The translations under genes were made by a program, and so were the position numbers. Positions 9,021 to 17,630 of a stretch of 32,000 nucleotides of DNA are shown here, piece after piece (position 1 is the first letter of the stretch; each line of letters opens with the position of its first letter). The DNA comes from a cyanobacterium endosymbiont of Braarudosphaera bigelowii (lineage in GTDB: Bacteria; Cyanobacteriota; Cyanobacteriia; Cyanobacteriales; Microcystaceae): positions 840,001 to 872,000 of the forward strand of contig NZ_AP024987.1 in the NCBI RefSeq assembly GCF_020885515.1. Direction: 5' to 3'. The notes below the pieces were generated by a model. That model was not told the origin of the DNA, searched no databases, and saw nothing but the letters and a program-made list of their open reading frames with translations.

Positions 9021-9788
9021 CTATTTATCAAAATTACCAATGTCTTTAAGATTATTATTTTCTTCCTTATACTCTGACTCTGACTTTTCAAGAGGTTGGT
9101 AATCAACATAATCGATGTGGTTGTAATTACTTGTTTCAGAGCTAAAATTTTTACTCTTGTTTTGTTTATTAAATTGTGGTCTATTTTTCCGATAGACTTG
9201 AGATGAAGATGAAGGTGAGCTGTTTTCCCACATATCGTTTACACTTTTTCGAACATCATAATCATGAGTAAAATTTCTGTTAGAACGAGGCTTTACTCTG
9301 GAGGATGAACGGTTACTTCTGGAACGACGAACTCTTTCTTCATTACCTGATCTACGATTATTACGTAGATCACTAGTACCTTTTAAACGAGGGTTATTAC
9401 GATAACTTTGAGATTTATCCTCATAGGAATCTAAATTATCAAGTTCAGCTTCAGTATATAGACGAGTTTTACTAACTCTACGCCCATTGTCAATAAATGA
9501 AGAACTACGTTTAGCTTGCTCCGTAGTTGCTCCCCTTAGACGAATACTTTCTGCAGCAAAGAATATAGCTGACCCTGTTAATAAAAATTGTCCGAATTGT
9601 AAAATAGGATCTAATCTCCATCCTTGGAATAGCAAGATCAATCCGCATAGTAAACCAACTGCAGCGAAAAATATATCATGATCTCTTGATAGTTCTGGTC
9701 GTACAGAACGCAAAAAATATAAACCAGCTCCGGCTATAGCTAAAAATATTCCCAGTACACTAGCTGAATTCAGTCCAAAATTAACCAT
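9021..9788 (-). CDS. ycf66: Ycf66-family membrane protein with long low-complexity C-terminal tail
   Basis: The N-terminal ~87 aa (MVNFGLNSASVLGIFLAIAGAGLYFLRSVRPELSRDHDIFFAAVGLLCGLILLFQGWRLDPILQFGQFLLTGSAIFFAAESIRLRG) match the conserved Ycf66 N-domain as I remember it. The remaining ~168 aa are Ser/Arg/Asn/Lys-rich. Confidence 0.8.
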   Translation of the reverse strand: MVNFGLNSASVLGIFLAIAGAGLYFLRSVRPELSRDHDIFFAAVGLLCGLILLFQGWRLDPILQFGQFLLTGSAIFFAAESIRLRGATTEQAKRSSSFIDNGRRVSKTRLYTEAELDNLDSYEDKSQSYRNNPRLKGTSDLRNNRRSGNEERVRRSRSNRSSSRVKPRSNRNFTHDYDVRKSVNDMWENSSPSSSSQVYRKNRPQFNKQNKSKNFSSETSNYNHIDYVDYQPLEKSESEYKEENNNLKDIGNFDK

Positions 9789-10105
9789 TACTGATCTCCA
9801 TTTCCTATTTTAATAATAACGAATTTTTGTTAATCATCTCCATTTCTCATAATAAATAATCAATACAGTGGCTATTACTCATAATGTAAAAAGTGATTAA
9901 TATAAAGATTATTTGCTTTTTCAGTATTATAGAAGTAATAGGTCAGTGAAAACCTGACTATTTATATTTATTTTGGTTATCATAAATTACTTAAAGTTAT
10001 TATGAATAAAGACTATTAACTTTGATATCAAATCTATTCATAAATCATGTTGGTTTCACTTACAAAGATTCTAAACTAGGTATTTGTAATAAAAATTTCA
10101 ATTTT

Positions 10106-11548
10106 TTAATTTTTATTACTTACTGTTAAAGCTTTTTTATAAGCATCATCTAAAACTTCAGAAAGGGTTGGATGAGTATGTATATTAAATGCTAAGTTTT
10201 GTACAGTTTGATGTTGGCCAATGGAGTTAGCAGCCTCTTGAATGAGGTCAGAAGCATGAGGACCAATAATATGTACTCCTAGCAGTTCTCCACTATCCTT
10301 TCTAAAGATAACCTTCACAAAACCATCAGCTTCTCCTTCTGCAAGCGCTTTAGAATTTCCCTTAAAATAAGCTTTAACTGAAGTAATTTCAAAATTTTCT
10401 AACTTACCTAACTCTCTTGCTGCAGATTCCGTAAGTCCTACATAACTAATTTCGGGTTCAGTAAAGGTAGCTGCTGGTATACTTCGGTAATCTATTTCCA
10501 TACTACGTCCACAAATATTTTCAACAGCAATAACTCCTTGGCCGGATGCTACATGAGCTAACATCATCTTGCCAGTTACATCTCCTATTGACCATATATG
10601 AGGAATAACTTGGCCATTATTTATCACTTGCATTTTATTGTTAATAGGAATAAATCCTTTTTCTAACTCAATACCAACGTTATCTAATCCAAGATTGCTA
10701 GTCGTAGGAATACGACCTGTAGCGACTAGACAGGAATCAACTTCTAAAATATCTACTATTTGTTTAGTTTTAACATCTGTTAGTTCAATGACAACAGGTT
10801 TACCTGGAATTATTTTACTTGCGAAAACACCAGAATAGGTTTCAATGTTGCGAGAGTCAATTAATTTTCGTTGAGCAAACTTAGAAATTTCAGTATCAAA
10901 GCCAGGAATCAAATTGTCTAATGCTTCTACTATAGTAACTTCACAACCTAATGCGGTATAAATATCAGAAAATTCCAGTCCAATATAACCGCTACCAATA
11001 ATAGCAATCCATTCCGGTAACTGTTTCAATTTTACTGCCTCGTCACTTGTAAAAACAGTATCATGATCAATTTCTATTCCAGGAGGAACAAAAGGACTTG
11101 AACCAGGAGATAATATAATATTTTTTGCTGTAATTTTTTGTTCACTATTATTTGTTAGAACGTTAACTGTTTGGTTATCAATAATTTTTCCTTGACCATA
11201 TATGATTTCTACTTTTAAATGCTTAAGACTGTTTGTGAGATCTTGACGGATTTTATTTACTAAATTTGTTGCATGATCAGCGATTTTTTCCCTATCAAAT
11301 TTTACTTCGTCAACCTGAATTCCCAATTTTTGAAGATGATTAAGATTTTGTAATTCTCTTACTTTTTTTGCTGTTGCTAACAAGGCTTTTGAAGGAATAC
11401 ATCCACGGTTAACACAGGTACCACCTATATCATTCATTTCTATTAAAACAGTCTTTAAACCACACTTAACTCCATGCACAGCAGCTGCATGTCCCCCCAC
11501 TCCTCCACCGATAATAATTAAATCATAATCAAAATCTTTTTTATTCAT
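10106..11548 (-). CDS. lpdA: Dihydrolipoyl dehydrogenase (E3 component)
   Basis: 480 aa. FAD-binding GGGVGGHAAA, redox-active disulfide GGTCVNRGCIPSK, NAD-binding GSGYIGLEF, C-terminal interface motif HTHPTLSE. Confidence 0.92.
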   Translation of the reverse strand: MNKKDFDYDLIIIGGGVGGHAAAVHGVKCGLKTVLIEMNDIGGTCVNRGCIPSKALLATAKKVRELQNLNHLQKLGIQVDEVKFDREKIADHATNLVNKIRQDLTNSLKHLKVEIIYGQGKIIDNQTVNVLTNNSEQKITAKNIILSPGSSPFVPPGIEIDHDTVFTSDEAVKLKQLPEWIAIIGSGYIGLEFSDIYTALGCEVTIVEALDNLIPGFDTEISKFAQRKLIDSRNIETYSGVFASKIIPGKPVVIELTDVKTKQIVDILEVDSCLVATGRIPTTSNLGLDNVGIELEKGFIPINNKMQVINNGQVIPHIWSIGDVTGKMMLAHVASGQGVIAVENICGRSMEIDYRSIPAATFTEPEISYVGLTESAARELGKLENFEITSVKAYFKGNSKALAEGEADGFVKVIFRKDSGELLGVHIIGPHASDLIQEAANSIGQHQTVQNLAFNIHTHPTLSEVLDDAYKKALTVSNKN

Positions 11549-11944
11549 AGTTTTCTTTATTATATTTAAATTATTTTATTTTACTTAAAATATATACTTT
11601 GATGATAAATCTTTTTCAAAAAAAGGTGTTTATAGAAGATTGTGAAGCAGTTTTGTAAGTACAAATCATCTAAACAAGAATAACTATCAATTAAAAAGTA
11701 TGGGAAATCTACAATATTATTTTTTGAATTCAGATAATAAAGTTACAGATAATTTGTTTATAGCAATTAGTTAAAGTATAAGAATTTAGGAGTAATTTAG
11801 CTACTCTGTGAAAGAACCTTAAAAAATAAAAAACATTGTTTTCTAGGGCTTTTAAAACTATATAAGTTTAAAACTTTGATAAATAAACTTTTAATATTAA
11901 TTTCTGCAGATTGATAATAACTGTAAAATTTATACATGACTAGA

Positions 11945-12017
11945 CGAATACGGAGGGATTCGAACCCCCGACACCCAGGACCGGAACCTGGTGCTCTATC
12001 CACTGAGCTACGTATCC
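11945..12017 (-). tRNA. tRNA-Arg (anticodon CCG), 73 nt, no encoded CCA
   Basis: Reverse complement reads GGATACG-TA-GCTC-AGTGGATA-GAGC-A-CCAGG-TTCCGGT-CCTGG-GTGTC-GGGGG-TTCGAAT-CCCTC-CGTATTC-G. The cloverleaf is complete: a 7-bp acceptor stem with one G-U pair, and a TTCGAAT T-loop. Confidence 0.93.
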
Positions 12018-12222
12018 AGCCATATTATACTAACATAGTTTATTCAGCTAATATCAATTGCATTAAATATATTAAAAAAAAAAATTAAAATCCTAAATTT
12101 GTATATAATTTTGTATTTTTAATATTGATTTCGATATGATTCAGATAGTAATAAATCTGATCAGATATTTAAAAAGCTGAGATGATAAAAATTTGCTATG
12201 AATTAAGGATCAAAACTCTCCT

Positions 12223-13218
12223 GTGAGCCATACTTCACCAATATTAATGCCACATCTTACAATGTCGTCATCGTCAGACAATAATCGTCTAAGACTTTTT
12301 TGTGGATCGTCTAACATTGCTCTAGCCCAAGAAATTGCTAGTTATCTAGGAATGGACATTGGACCTATGGTTCGTAAGCGATTCGCCGATGGTGAATTAT
12401 ACGTCCAAATTCAAGAATCAATTCGAGGATGCGATGTTTATTTAATACAACCTTGTTGTAACCCTGTTAATGATCATTTTATGGAGTTACTAATTATGAT
12501 TGATGCTTGTCGAAGAGCATCTGCGCGTCAGATTACCGCTGTAATCCCTTACTATGGTTATGCTAGAGCCGATAGAAAAACAGCGGGACGTGAATCTATC
12601 ACAGCAAAACTGGTAGCTAATCTAATAACAGAAGCAGGTGCTCATCGAGTTTTATCTATGGATTTACATTCTGCCCAAATACAAGGTTACTTTGATATAC
12701 CTTTTGATCATATATATAGTACCCCAGTATTATTGGACTATTTTTCTACAAAGGATTTATCTGATCTTGTAATTGTTTCTCCAGATGTTGGAGGTGTTGC
12801 TAGAGCCAGAGCATTTGCTAAAAAACTTGATGACGCTCCATTAGCAATCATCGATAAACGTCGCCAATCTCATAATGTAGCTGAAGTTATGAATATTATT
12901 GGGGACGTTAAAGATAAAACAGCTGTTTTAGTTGATGACATGATTGATACAGCCGGAACAATTACGAAGGGAGCAAATTTACTTCGAGAAGAGGGTGCGA
13001 GAAGAGTTTATGCCTGTGCTACTCATGCTGTATTTTCTGGTCCCGCTATTTCTCGACTTTCAAGTGGTGTTCTAGAGGAAGTAATAGTTACAAATACGAT
13101 TCCAATTCCTGAGGAAAATTGTTTTGAACAGCTTACTGTACTATCTGTAGCTAACTTATTAGGAGAAGCTATTTGGCGTGTTCATGAAGATACATCTGTA
13201 AGCAGTATGTTTCGTTAA
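12223..13218 (+). CDS. prs: Ribose-phosphate pyrophosphokinase (PRPP synthetase)
   Basis: LRLFCGSSNIALAQEIASYLG N-terminal region, DLHSAQIQGYFDIP, and PRPP-binding loop VLVDDMIDTAGT. The start is uncertain: GTG at 12223, or in-frame ATG at 12247 or 12262. Confidence 0.92.
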   Translation: MSHTSPILMPHLTMSSSSDNNRLRLFCGSSNIALAQEIASYLGMDIGPMVRKRFADGELYVQIQESIRGCDVYLIQPCCNPVNDHFMELLIMIDACRRASARQITAVIPYYGYARADRKTAGRESITAKLVANLITEAGAHRVLSMDLHSAQIQGYFDIPFDHIYSTPVLLDYFSTKDLSDLVIVSPDVGGVARARAFAKKLDDAPLAIIDKRRQSHNVAEVMNIIGDVKDKTAVLVDDMIDTAGTITKGANLLREEGARRVYACATHAVFSGPAISRLSSGVLEEVIVTNTIPIPEENCFEQLTVLSVANLLGEAIWRVHEDTSVSSMFR

Positions 13219-13235
13219 ATTAGATCTTCAAGTGT

Positions 13236-13282
13236 TCTTTAATAATTCTAACTTTTATTCATAAGGTTAGAATTATTAAAGA
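13236..13282 (+). terminator. Hairpin downstream of prs: 17-bp perfect stem, 13-nt loop
   Basis: tctttaataattctaac (13236-13252) is the exact reverse complement of gttagaattattaaaga (13266-13282). It begins 18 nt after the prs stop. Confidence 0.6.
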
Positions 13283-13499
13283 TATAAAATATTACTGAAC
13301 GAAGCCTTATTTGATTCTATGGATATGGTCACAAATTAATTAATTTTTAATGAAAAAAAGAAATAGTTAAATTCTTAATATCTTAAGGATGAAATATATT
13401 TAATTAATAATTTTAAATGAAGAAATAAGCATGAGCTTAGCACATAACAATTCTTACAACTAAAATTATTGGTGGTAAATTTTCTAATAATTAGAATTA

Positions 13500-13537
13500 T
13501 ATTCTATAGGGAAAATATAGAATTTCCCTATAGAATA
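13500..13537 (-). terminator. Hairpin immediately downstream of the minus-strand three-gene operon: 15-bp perfect stem, 8-nt loop
   Basis: tattctatagggaaa (13500-13514) pairs with tttccctatagaata (13523-13537). It starts 4 nt after the stop at 13541, and the minus-strand sequence after it is U-rich. Confidence 0.65.
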
Positions 13538-13540
13538 CAG

Positions 13541-13792
13541 TCATTGCATTTTCATATCTTTAAGTAAAAATGGCATTATTATTCCTGTAAAGACACTAGA
13601 AACGATAAGGGCCATGGTAAAGTTTAAGCCCACTTCTTGAGAGCCAATTAATATTAACAATCCTTCTAGTCCAACTAGTATAAAAGATCCTAATAAGATT
13701 CCAAAAACTAATTGTCTGTAAACATAAAGAGGATCACGTAACAATTTACCTTTGAAGAATAATTTTGCTGAGTACCAAACTAAATTAAACAT
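13541..13792 (-). CDS. Small hypothetical membrane protein (83 aa, about 2 TM segments)
   Basis: On the minus strand the sequence reads TAGGAGCTTAACATATG. An AGGAG Shine-Dalgarno overlaps the upstream gene's stop codon, 8 nt before this ATG, which indicates translational coupling. There are two hydrophobic stretches (LVFGILLGSFILVGLEGLLILIG; MALIVSSVFTGIIMPFLL). I recognise no family. Confidence 0.6.
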   Translation of the reverse strand: MFNLVWYSAKLFFKGKLLRDPLYVYRQLVFGILLGSFILVGLEGLLILIGSQEVGLNFTMALIVSSVFTGIIMPFLLKDMKMQ

Positions 13793-13803
13793 ATGTTAAG
13801 CTC

Positions 13804-14073
13804 CTAAATAAATTTAAGAATAATTAAACCAATAATAGCAACAGGAATACCCCCAGCTGGACCTAACAAACCTCCAAGAATACCTGCTAGCTCATATCCC
13901 AAGTCTTTTCCAGCCAAAATAATACCACCAATAGCACCTGAAATGGTTGAAAATAATGCAGCGACAAACAACCAAAAAAATCCACTAATTAGAGTTATAT
14001 CTCCATTCGTTAAGTTAAACAAAAAAGTTTTGACTATAGGGCTAACATTTAGGTGCTCAATAAACACGTTCAT
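13804..14073 (-). CDS. Small hypothetical glycine-zipper membrane protein (89 aa)
   Basis: A strong AGGAGG sits 9 nt upstream of the ATG (minus strand ctaggaggattttcaatATG). The hydrophobic segments are rich in GxxxG motifs (SGAIGGIILAG; LAGILGGLLGPAGGIPVAIIGLI). The composition is reminiscent of the GlsB/YeaQ/YmgE or Gly-zipper families, but I cannot assign it. Confidence 0.65.
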   Translation of the reverse strand: MNVFIEHLNVSPIVKTFLFNLTNGDITLISGFFWLFVAALFSTISGAIGGIILAGKDLGYELAGILGGLLGPAGGIPVAIIGLIILKFI

Positions 14074-14128
14074 ATTGAAAATCCTCCTAGATATAGTTTA
14101 TGTTTATTATTTCTAATAATTTATAAAA

Positions 14129-15106
14129 TTATTGAGAAGAGGCCAACAACTCTTTTTGGACGTTTTGTAACATATTATTCATAATATGTGCCTGCTCTAG
14201 TTGTTTGTGATCAGTAAAAATTGCATATGCTTCTTGACAATATTTTTGGCATCTTTTTAAGTTATTGAAATTTCTTACCTTAGAATGTTCAATATTGTCT
14301 GGCAAGTTAAACAAAACATTAGCTTTATTGGCAATAGTATTAGCATACTCCAAAGGTGTATCGTTAGCCGTTCTAACTTTTAAAGCTTCGTCGTATGCTT
14401 TTAAAGCTTTTAAATTATTTTCTATAGGATGAGAAGTAGGCAGATACTGTAGTGTATTTGCTAAGTTATTTTGTAACATAGCATATTCACTAGGGTAGTT
14501 CGTAATCGTAATCCATTTTAATGCTGATTGAAAAGACTGTACTGCAACTCCATATCTAATTTTTTCTTTATCCGGTCCTATAGGTAAAGATAAATAAGCG
14601 ATTGCAATATTATTCTGTAGGATAGCAAATTCTTGAGGGTAGTTTTCACCAGTAAAGATTTTTGTTGCTTTATAATATATTTGTATAGCTTCCTGTATGG
14701 TAGCTTTATTGAAAGCTACTAAACTTTGTAAAACAATTCCTAAATTCATTTGTGTTTCAGCAATTTCTGGAGGGGAAGCATATTTTTCTAAAATAGGTAA
14801 GGCCTCTTGATAAGAGCTCCTTGATTCTAGTAATAAGTTTTCTCCATTATCAGGAATAGAACGTAAAGCTGTTCCTATACCTGAAAGACATCTTGCCTTA
14901 AGTAGTAACGTATCATGAGTATTTAACTCTAGCCCTTTACGATAAAGAAAAATAGAGTTTTGAATTTGTTCAACTGTTCTTGCTTGGCTTTGTAGCCTAG
15001 TTGCCATCTCTATTAGCATTTCGATTTTTTCTGATGTTGTAGCTACTTCAGATTCAATGGCTTTTAAAGCAGCTTTAACGTTAGCATTACTAAAAGTAAG
15101 TGTCAC
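14129..15106 (-). CDS. TPR-repeat protein (no catalytic domain recognised)
   Basis: 325 aa with about five ~46-aa repeats of the form YP.E(Y/F)A.LQNN(L/I)A..(Y/L)..LP ... A(L/I).(A/S)Y.EAL. This is the TPR_10/TPR_12-like pattern common in cyanobacterial TPR arrays. The tracked start is GTG with no obvious SD, so the true start is uncertain. Confidence 0.75.
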   Translation of the reverse strand: MTLTFSNANVKAALKAIESEVATTSEKIEMLIEMATRLQSQARTVEQIQNSIFLYRKGLELNTHDTLLLKARCLSGIGTALRSIPDNGENLLLESRSSYQEALPILEKYASPPEIAETQMNLGIVLQSLVAFNKATIQEAIQIYYKATKIFTGENYPQEFAILQNNIAIAYLSLPIGPDKEKIRYGVAVQSFQSALKWITITNYPSEYAMLQNNLANTLQYLPTSHPIENNLKALKAYDEALKVRTANDTPLEYANTIANKANVLFNLPDNIEHSKVRNFNNLKRCQKYCQEAYAIFTDHKQLEQAHIMNNMLQNVQKELLASSQ

Positions 15107-15721
15107 AATATTAGTAGTTAGTAGTGTAAAATTAATAAAGAAGTATATACAAAAGTTAACTTCTGTAATTAGACTTAAGCATCTTAATGCTTAGTTCTTT
15201 AAATATATTTGAATATATATTCTTATTGAATCAAAAAAAAATTATTTTACTAAACTTCCTTGGTATTTTTTAATAAATCTGTTTTGATTATTTTTATTTA
15301 ATAAAATCAGGACTACTGCTAAAAAGTCATGGTTAGTCATTTAGTCCTAACTTACTTAAAGTAGAATGCACTATAATACACATTTATAGCTTAGGGGAAA
15401 TACTATTGTTATTCGTTTAGAAATAATGCTATAAATATTGATATAAGAACAAAAAAATCCTAAGAATCTCTAACCAAAATAACTTATTTATGTTTGCGAA
15501 TAAAATCGATATATTTTACCCGGCTTATTCATGACAAGAGATTATTTACTAATAAACATAAGATTTAAAGAATGTTTAACTAAAAGAATTCTTACTGTCT
15601 GAAAAAATAAATATCAGCCGGGATTTTATTAAATATATGGAATATAAATGACCATATCATTACTGAGATTAAGGTAACAAAGAATGACACGATATTGATA
15701 TCAATAGTACTTCACTGCCAT

Positions 15722-15946
15722 CTATTTATCTGATAAGATTTCTAATTGATCTATACGCAACCAAACACTAGGAGCTGGCGCTGAAAATTGAATTAAAGCA
15801 TATTCATCGTTTAGGTCTAATATCTCGCCTTTTGTTTCAAATAAATAGCTTGGGAAACGTTTATCGCTGGCCTTCCCTTCCAAGCTATTTTCTAAACTTT
15901 CTTTAATTACGCGAATCAACATACCTTTCTTAATTTGAGCTGCCAT
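15722..15946 (-). CDS. ndhO: NAD(P)H-quinone oxidoreductase (NDH-1) subunit O
   Basis: 74 aa. The pattern IKKG.L(I/V)RV..E.LENSLE.KASD.RFPSYLFE.KGEI.D...EYA......P.PSVWLR.DQLE matches cyanobacterial NdhO as I recall it. This is a recollection, not an alignment. Confidence 0.7.
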   Translation of the reverse strand: MAAQIKKGMLIRVIKESLENSLEGKASDKRFPSYLFETKGEILDLNDEYALIQFSAPAPSVWLRIDQLEILSDK

Positions 15947-16197
15947 AACTAATTACTAACTTTAAAACTTATTCTCTAATTTTTATTCTAACAAATAATG
16001 GGTGGTTAATAGATTGTGAACAATGTTTTATTTAAGTCAATAAAGAAAAACTCTATTTAAAGAGAGAAATATTCCGTAAATTAAGATTAGTTACTTTAGG
16101 TCAAATAAGAAAAAACTAATCACGAACTGTTACCATGATCATTAATCCTGATATTAATAGTTTTAAAGGAAAATTGTTAAGGAATTAGTTAAGAACT

Positions 16198-17382
16198 ATG
16201 AAAATTACACGACTTTTACTCAATATAAAAAATTATTGCATAATACTTTTATTTACCATAATTTTTTGTTTTTTTAGTTTTCACAATTCAGTCTCTAAAG
16301 CTGAACCTGCAAACATATCAGAAAAGGTGTCTACCTACAATAATAAAACCGAGCCAACAGATAACTTTGTATCGGCTGCGGTTATTCGTACTGGTCCAGC
16401 AGTAGTTCGTATTGATACTGAAACTCTTGTTACGAGACAACTCAATCCATTCTTTGATGATCCATTATTTCGTGATTTTTTTCAACATCAGTTAAGACCT
16501 CCTATCCCACAGGAACGTAGAATCACAGGACAGGGATCGGGATTCATAATTGATAAAGGTGGCATTATCTTAACGAATGCCCATGTAGTAAGTAATGCCG
16601 ATAAAGTAACTGTAACTCTTAAAGATGGACGTACTTTCAATGGAAAAGTTAAAGGTACTGATGAGGTGACTGACTTAGCTGTAGTAGGTATTGATCCTCA
16701 AGGAAGCAATCTACCTGTCGCAAAATTAGGAGATTCTAAAAATCTTCAAGTTGGTGATTGGGCAATTGCTGTAGGAAATCCTGTAGGTTTAGATAATACG
16801 GTTACGTTGGGTATTATTAGTACTATTGGTCGCTCTGCAGCTCAAGCTGGTATCCCTGACAAACGTCTTGATTTTATTCAAACGGACGCTGCAATAAATC
16901 CTGGAAATTCTGGAGGCCCTTTATTGAATAAATTAGGAGAAGTGATTGGCATAAATACTGCGATTCGTGCTGATGCAATGGGTATTGGTTTTGCTATTCC
17001 AATCAATAAAGCAAAAACTTTACAAAAAGCTTTAACGTCTGGTCAACAAGTTCCTCATCCATACATTGGCGTGCAAATGGTTAATATTACTCCTGAGCTC
17101 GCTAGAGAAAACAATAGAAATCCGAATTCTCCGATTATTATTGCTGAAGTTGATGGTATTTTAGTTATCAAGGTAATTCCTGATAGTCCAGCTGCAATAG
17201 CACGATTGCGCCGTGGTGATGTAATCGTAGCTGTTAACAATCAACCAGTTAAGGATGGAGGAGATTTACAAAGAATTGTTGAAGAGACTCAAATTAATAC
17301 TAACTTAAAACTTAAGTTATATCGTGGTGATCGTTTAATGGAGTTGACTGTTAAAACTAAACAATTAAGGGGAACATCATAG
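16198..17382 (+). CDS. HtrA/DegP-family serine protease with C-terminal PDZ domain (HhoA/HhoB/HtrA group)
   Basis: 394 aa. N-terminal signal or TM segment. Catalytic triad contexts TNAHVV (His), DLAVV (Asp) and GNSGGPL (Ser). The PDZ-like C-terminus includes PAAIARLRRGDVIVAVN. Confidence 0.92.
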   Translation: MKITRLLLNIKNYCIILLFTIIFCFFSFHNSVSKAEPANISEKVSTYNNKTEPTDNFVSAAVIRTGPAVVRIDTETLVTRQLNPFFDDPLFRDFFQHQLRPPIPQERRITGQGSGFIIDKGGIILTNAHVVSNADKVTVTLKDGRTFNGKVKGTDEVTDLAVVGIDPQGSNLPVAKLGDSKNLQVGDWAIAVGNPVGLDNTVTLGIISTIGRSAAQAGIPDKRLDFIQTDAAINPGNSGGPLLNKLGEVIGINTAIRADAMGIGFAIPINKAKTLQKALTSGQQVPHPYIGVQMVNITPELARENNRNPNSPIIIAEVDGILVIKVIPDSPAAIARLRRGDVIVAVNNQPVKDGGDLQRIVEETQINTNLKLKLYRGDRLMELTVKTKQLRGTS

Positions 17383-17390
17383 TTAAGTAG

Positions 17391-17427
17391 AGTAAATAGT
17401 TCTTATTTAAACAATGAACTATTTACT
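17391..17427 (+). terminator. Hairpin downstream of the HtrA-type gene: 12-bp perfect stem, 13-nt loop
   Basis: agtaaatagttc (17391-17402) pairs with gaactatttact (17416-17427). It starts 9 nt after the stop codon. Confidence 0.55.
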
Positions 17428-17630
17428 TATTTACAATATTAAAACCTAACATTTTTATATAAACAACTTATTACTCTTTTTTTTAAATATTGATTGATGC
17501 TTATTAAAGTTACTTGCTGATAAGATATAAAAAAGCAAGCCTGGCTACAATAATTAAAACTAGATTATTTAAAAGTAGTTAAAACTGATTTTAGATTATC
17601 TCATAATAGTATACAGTAGCTTTTCTTAAG

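Noticed and set aside
9487-9681. 64-aa ORF antisense to the ycf66 N-domain
   Set aside because: Shadow ORF with no independent support.
10638-10838. 66-aa ORF antisense to lpdA
   Set aside because: Shadow ORF with no independent support.
11797-12003. 68-aa minus-strand ORF
   Set aside because: Its 5' part is simply the tRNA-Arg gene read as protein (MDRAPGSGPGCRGFESL). The rest is AT-rich spacer.
12074-12084. Homopolymer A11 (and A12 at 26135-26146) as possible slipped-strand phase-variation tracts
   Set aside because: Both are intergenic, not within or immediately at the start of a CDS. Such runs are expected in DNA this AT-rich.
17055-17240. 61-aa ORF antisense to the HtrA-type protease gene
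   Set aside because: Shadow ORF.
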